Positions 55,768 to 64,000 of a stretch of DNA of 64,000 nucleotides are shown in pieces. Every line of letters starts with the position of its first letter. Position 1 is the stretch's first letter. This DNA comes from Candidatus Amesbacteria bacterium (GTDB lineage Bacteria > Patescibacteriota > Microgenomatia > CAZETR01 > Amesbacteraceae): the NCBI GenBank assembly GCA_027371535.1, contig DAHXMV010000002.1, positions 67,494-131,493 of the forward strand. Direction: 5' to 3'. The translations under genes and the position numbers were made by a program. The notes under the pieces were generated by a model. The model was not told the origin of the DNA. It was given only the letters and a program-made list of their open reading frames with translations, and did no database searches.

Positions 55768-56925
55768 ATGACCAAACAATTTCCAAGTTACAAATCGCAA
55801 AGTCCGATTATTTTATCAATAGATACCTCATGTGATGAGACGGCCGCAGCAGTAACTCGGGGGGTGGTGGTGTTATCAAATGTGATCTGGTCGCAGGCGG
55901 CAGCCCACGCACAGTTTGGCGGGGTGATGCCCTCGCTGGCACAACGGATGCACCGCGAACGGATAGATTTTGTCATCGACCGCGCAATTTCCAAATCACA
56001 AATCCCAATTACTAAACTGAGCGCAGTGGCAGTGACGGCAGGTCCAGGGCTCGCAATAGCACTGGAAGTAGGTATTGCGAAGGCAAAAGAGTTGGCCGGA
56101 AAATACCAGTTACCTTTAATTCCCGTAAACCACATTGAAGGACATGTTCTCAGTCCGCTGGCAAGGCCAAATATCACCCATAATCCCTCTCTTAATCTAA
56201 GAGGTGAAATCAAAGAGGATGATATAGGTTTACCAAACCTGGGTTTGGTGGTATCCGGAGGACATACGGAGTTGATTCTGATAAATAAAATCGGCGATTA
56301 TAAAATTCTGGCAAAAACACTTGACGATGCTTTGGGAGAAGCGTTGGATAAAGCCGCCAGGATGCTGGGCCTGGGATACCCGGGTGGGGCAATTTTAGAA
56401 AAAATGGCAAAGCTCGGCAACCCCAAAATTTATCCCCTACCTTTGCCGATGGCCAGAAGCGAAGTGAAGAATTCATTTAGTTTTTCCGGTTTAAAGACGG
56501 CTTTTTACAGATTGACGCAAAGAATTAACCGCGATTCTTCGATAAGTTCGGGGCTATCGTCGAGACAAATATATGATCTCTCTTCAGCTTTCCAAAACCG
56601 GGCGTTTCAACACCTGGAGAGGGTGATAAAAAATGTGATACAGAACACCCCCCTCCCCCTCTTTAATCAAAGAGGGGGATCTGAGAGGGTGTTCCTTGTT
56701 GGAGGCGGAGTAGCAGCCAATATGGAACTGAGAAAAAGATTAAGAAAAATAGGCAAAGAGCTGGGATTAAAAATCCTATTCCCCTACTCCACCAAACTGA
56801 CCGGTGACAATGCGGCAATGATCGGTATCGCAGCGGGGCTGCGATATAATCCTCACAACTCACTATTCGCAACTAAATATGAATTAGTAGACAGAAAACC
56901 AAGGTGGAGTGTGGAGGAAATATAA
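55768..56925 (+). CDS. tsaD: tRNA N6-adenosine threonylcarbamoyltransferase TsaD (Kae1/Gcp family)
   Basis: ILSIDTSCDETAAAV…SQAAAHAQFGGVMPSLAQRMH…NHIEGHVLSP (HxEGH metal site)…VVSGGHTEL…GGGVAAN. Confidence 0.8.
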   Translation: MTKQFPSYKSQSPIILSIDTSCDETAAAVTRGVVVLSNVIWSQAAAHAQFGGVMPSLAQRMHRERIDFVIDRAISKSQIPITKLSAVAVTAGPGLAIALEVGIAKAKELAGKYQLPLIPVNHIEGHVLSPLARPNITHNPSLNLRGEIKEDDIGLPNLGLVVSGGHTELILINKIGDYKILAKTLDDALGEALDKAARMLGLGYPGGAILEKMAKLGNPKIYPLPLPMARSEVKNSFSFSGLKTAFYRLTQRINRDSSISSGLSSRQIYDLSSAFQNRAFQHLERVIKNVIQNTPLPLFNQRGGSERVFLVGGGVAANMELRKRLRKIGKELGLKILFPYSTKLTGDNAAMIGIAAGLRYNPHNSLFATKYELVDRKPRWSVEEI

Positions 56926-56941
56926 GCTAAAATCGCCCTAT

Positions 56942-59203
56942 ATGGATAAAGCTTACGATCACCACAAATATGAGGAAAGCATCTATAAGATGTGGGAAGA
57001 AAGCGGAGCGTTTACTCCTAAAATAGACGAGGGCAAGAAACCGTTTGTGATAATTTTGCCACCGCCCAATGCCAGCGGTAAGATGCATACCGGCAATGTG
57101 TTAATGATTGCCATTGAAGATATTCTGATCCGATGGCACCGAATGATGGGAGAGCCGACGCTCTGGCTACCCGGTAGCGACCACGCCGGAACCGAAACAC
57201 AAATTACTTACGAACGGGAATTAAAAAAGGAAGGTAAATCCAGATTTAGTTTTGACCGCCAGACTTTGTACGACAATATCTGGAATTTTGTCCAAAACAA
57301 CAAGTCTTTGGTGATCGGCCAGATAAGAAAAATGGGGGCAAGTGTGGACTGGAGCCGGTTTAAATTCACATTAGATCCGGAAATAACCAATATCGTATGT
57401 CAGACTTTTGAAAAAATGGCCGCAGACAATCTAGTTTACCGAGGTGACAATATGATTAATTATTGCCCCAATTGCGGTACAACCTATGCGGATATTGAAA
57501 TTGAGCATGAGGAAAGAAATGATCCACTGTACTATATCAGGTATCCGCTGGTTAATAAGAAGGTTACAGAGCCCGAATATTTGGTAGTGGCGACGGTTCG
57601 ACCGGAACCGATATTTATAGATACTCACTTAGCAGTAAATCCCGAAGATAAAAAGAGGTCAGTGTGGATCGGAAGAAAAGTCAGTAATCCTCTAACCGGA
57701 GGGGAGATGGAAATCATCGGTGATGAGATGGTAGACCCGAAATTCGGCACGGGAATAGTTAAATTAACCCCAGCGCATGACGAGAACGATTTCCAAGTAG
57801 CCAAAAGGCACGGATTACCAATCGTCAGCGGATTTACAATGGAAGGCCGATTAAATGATAAGGCCGGAGAATTTTCCGGGTTAAAAATCAGTGAAGCAAG
57901 AAAAGTCATCGCGGAAAGACTAAAGGATAAGGGGCTCATTGAAAAAATTGATGAAAGTTATTCGCACACAATTTCCCTTTGTAAGGCCGGGCATGTAGTA
58001 GAGCCAACGGTTTTACCTAATTGGTTTATTAAGGTTGAACAGTTAAAAAAACCCGCATGGGAAGTTGTGAAAAAGGGAGAAGTCCGTATCTATCCCACAT
58101 GGAGAAAAATAACCTATCAAAGATGGATGGAAACGATGCATGATTGGGCAATTTCCAGACAAAATGTCTGGGGCATCAGAATTCCGGCCTGGTACAACGT
58201 CGATGAAAATAAGGAAATGGCGGTAACGTTTATTAATTCCGAAGGAAAAACAGAAAAGGGTACAGTTGATAAGATTTTGGAAGCTTATTCGATGGAGGAA
58301 ATAAACAAAGGCCTTCAGACTTTGACAGCCCCGACCGGGTCCAAATATCAAATCAGTCTTACCAAACCCGGGGAGCGATTTTTACAGGAAACCAATACTT
58401 TTGACACCTGGTTCTCCTCAGGACAATGGCCTTTGGCTACATTAGGCTATCCAAACAGCGATGATTTTAAATATTTTTATCCCACCTCGGTAATGGAAAC
58501 CGGCTGGGAAATATTGAGCAAGTGGGTGTCAAGAATGATTATGTTCGGATTGTATCTCACGGGAAAACCCCCATTTGAGGATGTTTATCTGCACGGTATC
58601 GTAAAAGCTTTAGACGGCCGTAAGATGAGTAAGAGTCTGGGAAATGTAATTAATCCGGAGGAATATATAGAACAATTCGGCGTGGATGCTTTAAGGATGG
58701 GAATGATATTGGGTACTGCCAACGGGAAGGATTTTAATTTTCCCAGAGATAAGGTTCTGGGTTTTAGAAATTTTGCCAACAAGATTTGGAATGTTTCCAG
58801 ATTTACTCTGATGACTTATGAAAAATATAATCAACCGGTCCCCTATTTAGATAAAGCCAGGCCAATAAAAATGTTACAAACTGACCGGGAGATAATTGAA
58901 AAACTGGACACTTTAACCAAAAACGTGAACAGATATTTAGGTAATTTCAGATTTGCAGATGCAGGCGAAGCAATTTACAATTTTGTCTGGCATGATTTAG
59001 CGGACAAATATATAGAGTCGGTAAAAATGAGGGACGACGAAAACGCATTAATAGTTCTCAGACACTTATTAATTAATTCACTTAAATTACTGCATCCGTT
59101 TATGCCGTTTGTAACTGAGGCAGTATGGGCAGAGATAAAACCTTTAAGAATGTATCCCGATGAAATGCTGATTACGGCTGGTTGGCCCCAACCACTTTCT
59201 TAG
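56942..59203 (+). CDS. valS: Valyl-tRNA synthetase (compact form lacking the C-terminal coiled coil)
   Basis: PPPNASGKMHTGNV (HIGH region), WLPGSDHAGTETQ, RKMSKSLGNVINP (KMSKS). Start at MDKAYDHHKYEE chosen; longest ORF starts at 56909, overlapping tsaD. Confidence 0.8.
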   Translation: MDKAYDHHKYEESIYKMWEESGAFTPKIDEGKKPFVIILPPPNASGKMHTGNVLMIAIEDILIRWHRMMGEPTLWLPGSDHAGTETQITYERELKKEGKSRFSFDRQTLYDNIWNFVQNNKSLVIGQIRKMGASVDWSRFKFTLDPEITNIVCQTFEKMAADNLVYRGDNMINYCPNCGTTYADIEIEHEERNDPLYYIRYPLVNKKVTEPEYLVVATVRPEPIFIDTHLAVNPEDKKRSVWIGRKVSNPLTGGEMEIIGDEMVDPKFGTGIVKLTPAHDENDFQVAKRHGLPIVSGFTMEGRLNDKAGEFSGLKISEARKVIAERLKDKGLIEKIDESYSHTISLCKAGHVVEPTVLPNWFIKVEQLKKPAWEVVKKGEVRIYPTWRKITYQRWMETMHDWAISRQNVWGIRIPAWYNVDENKEMAVTFINSEGKTEKGTVDKILEAYSMEEINKGLQTLTAPTGSKYQISLTKPGERFLQETNTFDTWFSSGQWPLATLGYPNSDDFKYFYPTSVMETGWEILSKWVSRMIMFGLYLTGKPPFEDVYLHGIVKALDGRKMSKSLGNVINPEEYIEQFGVDALRMGMILGTANGKDFNFPRDKVLGFRNFANKIWNVSRFTLMTYEKYNQPVPYLDKARPIKMLQTDREIIEKLDTLTKNVNRYLGNFRFADAGEAIYNFVWHDLADKYIESVKMRDDENALIVLRHLLINSLKLLHPFMPFVTEAVWAEIKPLRMYPDEMLITAGWPQPLS

Positions 59204-59597
59204 TTACCGGTATAGGATTTTCCAGAAGCTTTACCTGAATTGACCTTAAGAGCATCACTCCCAAAGACGCCAATTTGAAACCAGCTCCGGAAACAACACC
59301 AATTAAAACTATATGGAGTGTAAGATTTAAGCCGTCGTTTAATGCAGACTCATTGATCAACGATGTGGCCTGGACATTTTTTAAAGCCGGATTATTTGTA
59401 GGAGGGGCCATGCTATTAATCAGGGCATTGAGGTTTATAGTAGAGTTTTGGGAGGTAAAAAATTGGACCGGTTTTTGTTGACGAGTGAAAACCTGATAGA
59501 GGTTAATGGTAGACAACAGGATAACCAGAATTCCGAAAAACAATAATAAATAACCAATGATTTTATTTATCACTAACAGAAGTATATCAGATACCAA
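59172..59597 (-). CDS. Hypothetical 2-TM membrane protein (141 aa)
   Basis: ORF with N- and C-terminal hydrophobic helices. Overlaps the valS 3' end by 32 bp (convergent). Confidence 0.3.
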   Translation of the reverse strand: MVSDILLLVINKIIGYLLLFFGILVILLSTINLYQVFTRQQKPVQFFTSQNSTINLNALINSMAPPTNNPALKNVQATSLINESALNDGLNLTLHIVLIGVVSGAGFKLASLGVMLLRSIQVKLLENPIPVTKKVVGANQP

Positions 59598-59601
59598 TGG
59601 G

Positions 59602-60294
59602 TTAGGCTTTAGGTTTGGGCTCCGATTTTTCAGGGGCCGCAGCTGTTGCAGGAGTTGCTCCTTCCGGGACCGGCGCTCCTTCAGCAGGTATAGTACCTTC
59701 AGCAGGCGGGGAAGGCACTACTTCTTCCTCTTTGGCTAAAGTTTCGATCTGAACAATGATAGTTCCGGGGTCTGTTTTAACAGTCAATTTAGCCGTGTCT
59801 ATTTTCAAATCAGCCACCTTGATATTAGCACCTGCCACGGACAGTCCAGATATCTCCACTTCAATATGTTCTGGCATGTCTGTAGGCAAGGCTTCCACTT
59901 CCAATTCATCCAACTGCTGAACGAGAATGCCTAACTTTTCTTTCTCAGCTTCAGACTCACCGACCAATTTAATAGCTACCGGGGCGGTGACCTTTTCTTT
60001 CAAATCCACCTGATGAAAGACCACATGCTGCAAGCTACCGGAAACCGGATGAAGGACCAGATCGCTGATAAAAACCGGCCGGTCTTCTTTTTCACCAGCC
60101 ACCTGTAGATAAACCAATGTTGACTCCCCTATTCTCGGATAGAGGTTGATAAATTTCTTAGTATCTAACTGGATATTGGTTGATTTGATTTTTTTTCCAT
60201 AGACATTCGCCGGAGTCAAACCCTGGGCTCTGAGTTTTTTAACTTTGTGACCAGAAATTATTCTTGGCTGGCAGGTGATTTTTGGTTTTTCCAT
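59602..60294 (-). CDS. rplY: 50S ribosomal protein L25 / general stress protein Ctc, with Ala/Pro/Glu-rich C-terminal tail
   Basis: ITCQPRIISGHKVKKLRAQGLTPANVYGKK is the L25 N-domain. C-terminal tail PAEGAPVPEGATPATAAAPEKSEPKPKA. Confidence 0.8.
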   Translation of the reverse strand: MEKPKITCQPRIISGHKVKKLRAQGLTPANVYGKKIKSTNIQLDTKKFINLYPRIGESTLVYLQVAGEKEDRPVFISDLVLHPVSGSLQHVVFHQVDLKEKVTAPVAIKLVGESEAEKEKLGILVQQLDELEVEALPTDMPEHIEVEISGLSVAGANIKVADLKIDTAKLTVKTDPGTIIVQIETLAKEEEVVPSPPAEGTIPAEGAPVPEGATPATAAAPEKSEPKPKA

Positions 60295-60298
60295 AAAT

Positions 60299-62551
60299 TC
60301 AGGGTGTTTTAAAGTCCGCTATAATTTTTTGAAATTCACAGCTTCGGGTATTATACCGAAGACTACCCGGTGCTGCAACCTGCGGATTTTGATTGGTGGT
60401 AATTAGCCAATCCCGAGGATATCCCAGATTAACTTCTAACGGGAAATCTTCTACGCCAGGCTGCGCAGGCATTTCAATTTGAAGATGGAGATTTTCAGGA
60501 CCGGTATCAAGCGGCTGAAAAATATTCATCTCCAAGATATTTCCGGTGGCACTACCAGCCGGAAGAAGAAAACCCCAACTATAAACATCGACGTTCTGAA
60601 TGGACGGAAACAAACCATTTTGAATTTTATAACCATTCAGAAAAACTGATTTGATTATTACGCTTTTCGGTAAATAAACTCTTAAATAATCAGCTGACTC
60701 GTTTTTGATAAGAAATTTAATTGAGGTATCAACTTCTTTTGGGTTAATGTATATATTCAATTGTCCCTGCATATTCATTTTACCTGACTGGGTGGAGTTT
60801 CCTATAAAAGTGTTAACAGGATAGATAAAAGTGTTCAGGCAGGCGCCGCTTCTCGGGCAATCAGGCATTTGAATTCTACCGCTCCAACCGATATGGGAAA
60901 ATTTTGGTAAATCCGAAGAGACTGAAGAGATAAACAATTGTCGATTTTCAAAAAGATTCAAAACCCAAAAATAGAATTGTGTCCGTTTTGATAAGGATGC
61001 GGATAATAAATTCTGTATTATTCCCCGACTAAGTAAACCTATAAAGGTAGATTGGTTGGGTGTTTGATTTAAAATTGAGTTTTTGAGATCTTGATAGTTC
61101 TGAGCGGAAACCAGTATTTCAGATTTTGGCAATTTTACCGAACCGGTTATGCTAAGCAAATCCGGGTAAACTGAATCGTTAATTCCGATTACAAAATCAA
61201 CCTTTTGGTCCAGCGCTTTTGAAAAGTAAGAAGAAAAGTTTCCTGCAAATGTGTTAAATTCACTTTCCCAATTACTCAAGCCGACCGGTAAAAACATATT
61301 TCCTGTGACCAGTTTATAATCAGAAGGTGAAGGTATCTTCCCTACAAATGAAGATAATAACTGGGTAAGGTTATAAAATTTCGAACCCACCATTTGGCCA
61401 CGGTTTAACGTTAGGAGCCAAAATGAATCAATTTTACCTCCGGAAGGAAATGAAAAATTACTGTTCTGGAATATTATTAGGAATGTGGTTTCCCCCCGAC
61501 TTCCCGATAAATAGGAAAGATAATCTGTAACCGACGATAACTTGTCCAACACCTTCAAATATCTCGATGTCTGAAAAAGCAAATCTGAGCTCCAAACCGC
61601 GGATTTTAAATACGTCGGGTTATCCGATACCAAAGATTTACGAAGTTTTTCTATAGAAATCTCAGATTTTATAAGCAGATCAGGTTTTAAAAAGGAATCC
61701 GGGGATGAATAATTTGAAAGATTTTTTAATACTTCCCTTGTTTGTGAGTAAATAATCGCTTGTGAGACCGGTTCCGGAACATCAGTATCCAACATTGAAG
61801 CCAACCCCGGAAGATATAATCTATTAAACATGTAATATTTATAATAAAATTCACTTTTGTTTAAACATACGAACGCTGAAGAAAAATCATATTTTCTAAA
61901 ATTCTTAATTACACACTCCCAATTATTTTTGAACAGGACAAGACTGATAAACCCCAAGCAGTATACAAGTCCGACAGATACTAAACCTGCAATAGCAAAT
62001 TTGAACAATTTTAGAATATTTTTATTTTTTATATCGGAAACGGATCCAGAAGAAGGTGGCTGCAAAAACTGACCCAAAATCCGATTTTGATATTTAAATC
62101 CAAAAACGATAGTTTGAATTACTTTTTCAGAATTATATTCCAGAGGTAAGAGTGAATCATATTCAACAAGATCATATGAAAGCGAATTTTTACCAACGAA
62201 TTGAATGACACTTTTTATTATCTGACGCTTTAGGGTAATGTGAAGCGATGACAGAACTATTATTAAGCGTGTGTTTGATTTGAAACATTTATTCAGCAAA
62301 ATTCTCAAACTTTCTAAGATTTTATCAACTCCAAAAGATTGGTGGCGAAATGGTCCAAGAAAGTAAATTACATGAGAAACTTCATCGAGTGTAATATCCG
62401 GAATTTCAGTATTGAAAAAACAAACTGGTATTACACCTTCAAGCGATGTTAATTGTAAATTTACGTCAATAGATAAATCCGATTTACACCCCAAAAGAAA
62501 TATTTTTGAGAAAGAAGGGTAACGATCAAATTGGAGCAGTTCTGAAGACAT
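60299..62551 (-). CDS. Large bitopic envelope protein: ~180-aa cytoplasmic N-domain, one TM, DUF4012-like extracytoplasmic domain
   Basis: TM FAIAGLVSVGLVYCLGFISLVLF. Extracellular TTFLIIFQNSNFSFPSGGKIDSFWLL resembles the DUF4012 NNAELRxTGG core. Low GC (~33%). Confidence 0.4.
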   Translation of the reverse strand: MSSELLQFDRYPSFSKIFLLGCKSDLSIDVNLQLTSLEGVIPVCFFNTEIPDITLDEVSHVIYFLGPFRHQSFGVDKILESLRILLNKCFKSNTRLIIVLSSLHITLKRQIIKSVIQFVGKNSLSYDLVEYDSLLPLEYNSEKVIQTIVFGFKYQNRILGQFLQPPSSGSVSDIKNKNILKLFKFAIAGLVSVGLVYCLGFISLVLFKNNWECVIKNFRKYDFSSAFVCLNKSEFYYKYYMFNRLYLPGLASMLDTDVPEPVSQAIIYSQTREVLKNLSNYSSPDSFLKPDLLIKSEISIEKLRKSLVSDNPTYLKSAVWSSDLLFQTSRYLKVLDKLSSVTDYLSYLSGSRGETTFLIIFQNSNFSFPSGGKIDSFWLLTLNRGQMVGSKFYNLTQLLSSFVGKIPSPSDYKLVTGNMFLPVGLSNWESEFNTFAGNFSSYFSKALDQKVDFVIGINDSVYPDLLSITGSVKLPKSEILVSAQNYQDLKNSILNQTPNQSTFIGLLSRGIIQNLLSASLSKRTQFYFWVLNLFENRQLFISSVSSDLPKFSHIGWSGRIQMPDCPRSGACLNTFIYPVNTFIGNSTQSGKMNMQGQLNIYINPKEVDTSIKFLIKNESADYLRVYLPKSVIIKSVFLNGYKIQNGLFPSIQNVDVYSWGFLLPAGSATGNILEMNIFQPLDTGPENLHLQIEMPAQPGVEDFPLEVNLGYPRDWLITTNQNPQVAAPGSLRYNTRSCEFQKIIADFKTP

Positions 62552-62727
62552 ATCTAATTTTATTACTTTTTATATTTCAATATATACGATATGAACTAAG
62601 GCTGTTAGTACTTACTTTATTTTTGTGTTCAGATCTTTATTTTTTTAGCCTTGGTTATTTCACGTTTCTGTCATTACATAAACATGAAAATAACCGCATG
62701 ATCATTTTAGGGTCATTGTTGGACTTA

Positions 62728-63162
62728 TTAATCTAATGTATCCAGGGTTTGGTTCACCAGAAGATCGGCCAAAGAATTCTCGGACCGGGGAATATGGTTA
62801 AAACTTTTAACCAGAATCTGATAAGAAGAAATATTTTTAACGATCAGATTATGAAGATATTTCAGATGATTTTCTTTTATCCGATATATACCTGAAAGTT
62901 GATTTACCACCAGGAGGGAATCAAGATAGAAATTCACCTCCAGATATCGAAATTCTGATGCAATCAGCCATTCCAGAGCATGCAGGACTGCCTGGTATTC
63001 AGCTTCATTATTGGTTACTCTACCCAAATAATTTCCCTGACGGTAAATCGATATATTCATGTTATCCAACACAATAAAAGCCGAGGCTCCGGGGCCAGGG
63101 TTTCCGCGGGAACCTCCGTCACAATATATATTAAGACTTTTGGGCATAGTTATTAATATCAA
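62728..63162 (-). CDS. rnhA: Ribonuclease HI-family protein (DEDD RNase H fold)
   Basis: IYCDGGSRGNPGPGA (D), TNNEAEYQAV (E), YLDSLLVVNQ (D), RSENSLADLL (D). Confidence 0.7.
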   Translation of the reverse strand: MILITMPKSLNIYCDGGSRGNPGPGASAFIVLDNMNISIYRQGNYLGRVTNNEAEYQAVLHALEWLIASEFRYLEVNFYLDSLLVVNQLSGIYRIKENHLKYLHNLIVKNISSYQILVKSFNHIPRSENSLADLLVNQTLDTLD

Positions 63163-63988
63163 ATTTAATAAGAGTAAACAATAATATCAATAATAAAAGA
63201 TTGGAATCAGAAGTAAACCAATAATGATCTACTAAAGAAATCAGAAAAACCGACATCAGAGACAACTGTAAGCATATATCAGAATGAAAAATATTATATA
63301 TGCCTGCTCTCCAAAATAAAATTATGGCCATTATAAAAAACGGCAAACCTATTTCGGAAACAAAAAGAAGAATCAAATTATGTACAGGCTGAACCTCCAA
63401 ATAAAATCCAGTAGGGGATGGAGAATATACAAATTTCGAGAAATTTCCCAAACCAATGCCAAGCAGAGGGCGGGATGATATTATCGTAAAGGCTTTTTCG
63501 AGAAGATAAAACCGGTCAGTCAAAGAGGTTTGAGAACCTATATTAATTGAAAAATATATTATTGATAGTAAGGCTAGTGAAGAGATAAGAATACCTATAA
63601 TTCTATTATTTTTGATATTTATAATCAGAAAAGCCAATCCAAGAGAAACCATGACTGAGCGGGAGAATGATATTAATATACCCGCCAAACTAAATACCAG
63701 ACCCAACTGAGGAACAATGGATTTTTTATTAACAGTAATAAAATAAAGAGAGATAAAATATGTCACTAACAAATAGCCTGCCATAGCATTCGGGTGAGGA
63801 AAAGTTGCATAAGGTCTAAGAAATATTCCCAGTTTGCCCAAGGAAATCTTGGCTATATTTAGGGAGAATAAAGAGAGAGGCCGTTCACCCAACCAAGGCA
63901 GAAATCCTCCCAGAGAACTTTGTTTTACTATCTGCATCAAGGCTAATATTACGGACCATACAGCTGATAAAGGTAAATATTCCGCCAT
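63131..63988 (-). CDS. O-antigen ligase-like (Wzy_C domain) polytopic membrane protein; frame stays open to the window edge, so it may extend further 5'
   Basis: QPVHNLILLFVSEIGLPFF (H-N…E-x-G core of Wzy_C), RPLLGIGLGNF. 32-bp overlap with the RNase HI gene. Confidence 0.5.
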   Translation of the reverse strand: MAEYLPLSAVWSVILALMQIVKQSSLGGFLPWLGERPLSLFSLNIAKISLGKLGIFLRPYATFPHPNAMAGYLLVTYFISLYFITVNKKSIVPQLGLVFSLAGILISFSRSVMVSLGLAFLIINIKNNRIIGILISSLALLSIIYFSINIGSQTSLTDRFYLLEKAFTIISSRPLLGIGLGNFSKFVYSPSPTGFYLEVQPVHNLILLFVSEIGLPFFIMAIILFWRAGIYNIFHSDICLQLSLMSVFLISLVDHYWFTSDSNLLLLILLFTLIKFDINNYAQKS

Positions 63989-64000
63989 GATATGGAAAGA

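Overview
This 64 kb window is a compact, gene-dense bacterial segment, about 90% coding, with frequent 1-60 bp gene overlaps and divergent starts only 14-36 bp apart. The gene content suggests, by inference only, an uncultivated small-genome bacterium of the CPR/Patescibacteria type. Supporting features are pilN/pilO, tandem FemAB, an LCP ligase, a YYY membrane protein, many GT-C membrane glycosyltransferases and almost no metabolism.

Clear housekeeping genes are:
- the HrcA-controlled heat-shock operons hrcA-grpE-dnaK (dnaK truncated at the window start) and groES-groEL, each preceded by a TTGACA -35 box and a degenerate CIRCE operator
- lepA, murJ, rpsT, pcrA/uvrD, rnhB, def, rmuC, metG, tatD, valS, rplY, gmd
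- a tsaC-tsaE fusion followed by tsaD
- one tRNA-Cys(GCA)

The accessory, envelope-related content is:
- a pilN-pilO operon without pilM, extended by a small TM protein and a 500-aa FN3/Ig-like, Pro/Thr-repeat surface protein
- a ~10 kb glycosylation island with a HAD hydrolase, a GT4, a SAM-methyltransferase, three polytopic GT-C-like proteins, a YYY-domain protein and an LCP ligase
- a second lipid-linked glycan cluster with a GT2 synthase-like protein, a GT-C, a WecA/MraY-like transferase and a DPPR-synthase-like UbiA prenyltransferase
- a low-GC terminal island with a DUF4012-like 750-aa protein, an RNase HI-like protein and an O-antigen-ligase-like protein
- a low-GC rnhB-ASCH-unknown three-gene unit

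No CRISPR array, rRNA, transposase or integrase was recognised. All calls rest on reading the supplied ORF translations and the nucleotide sequence by eye. No database search was run.
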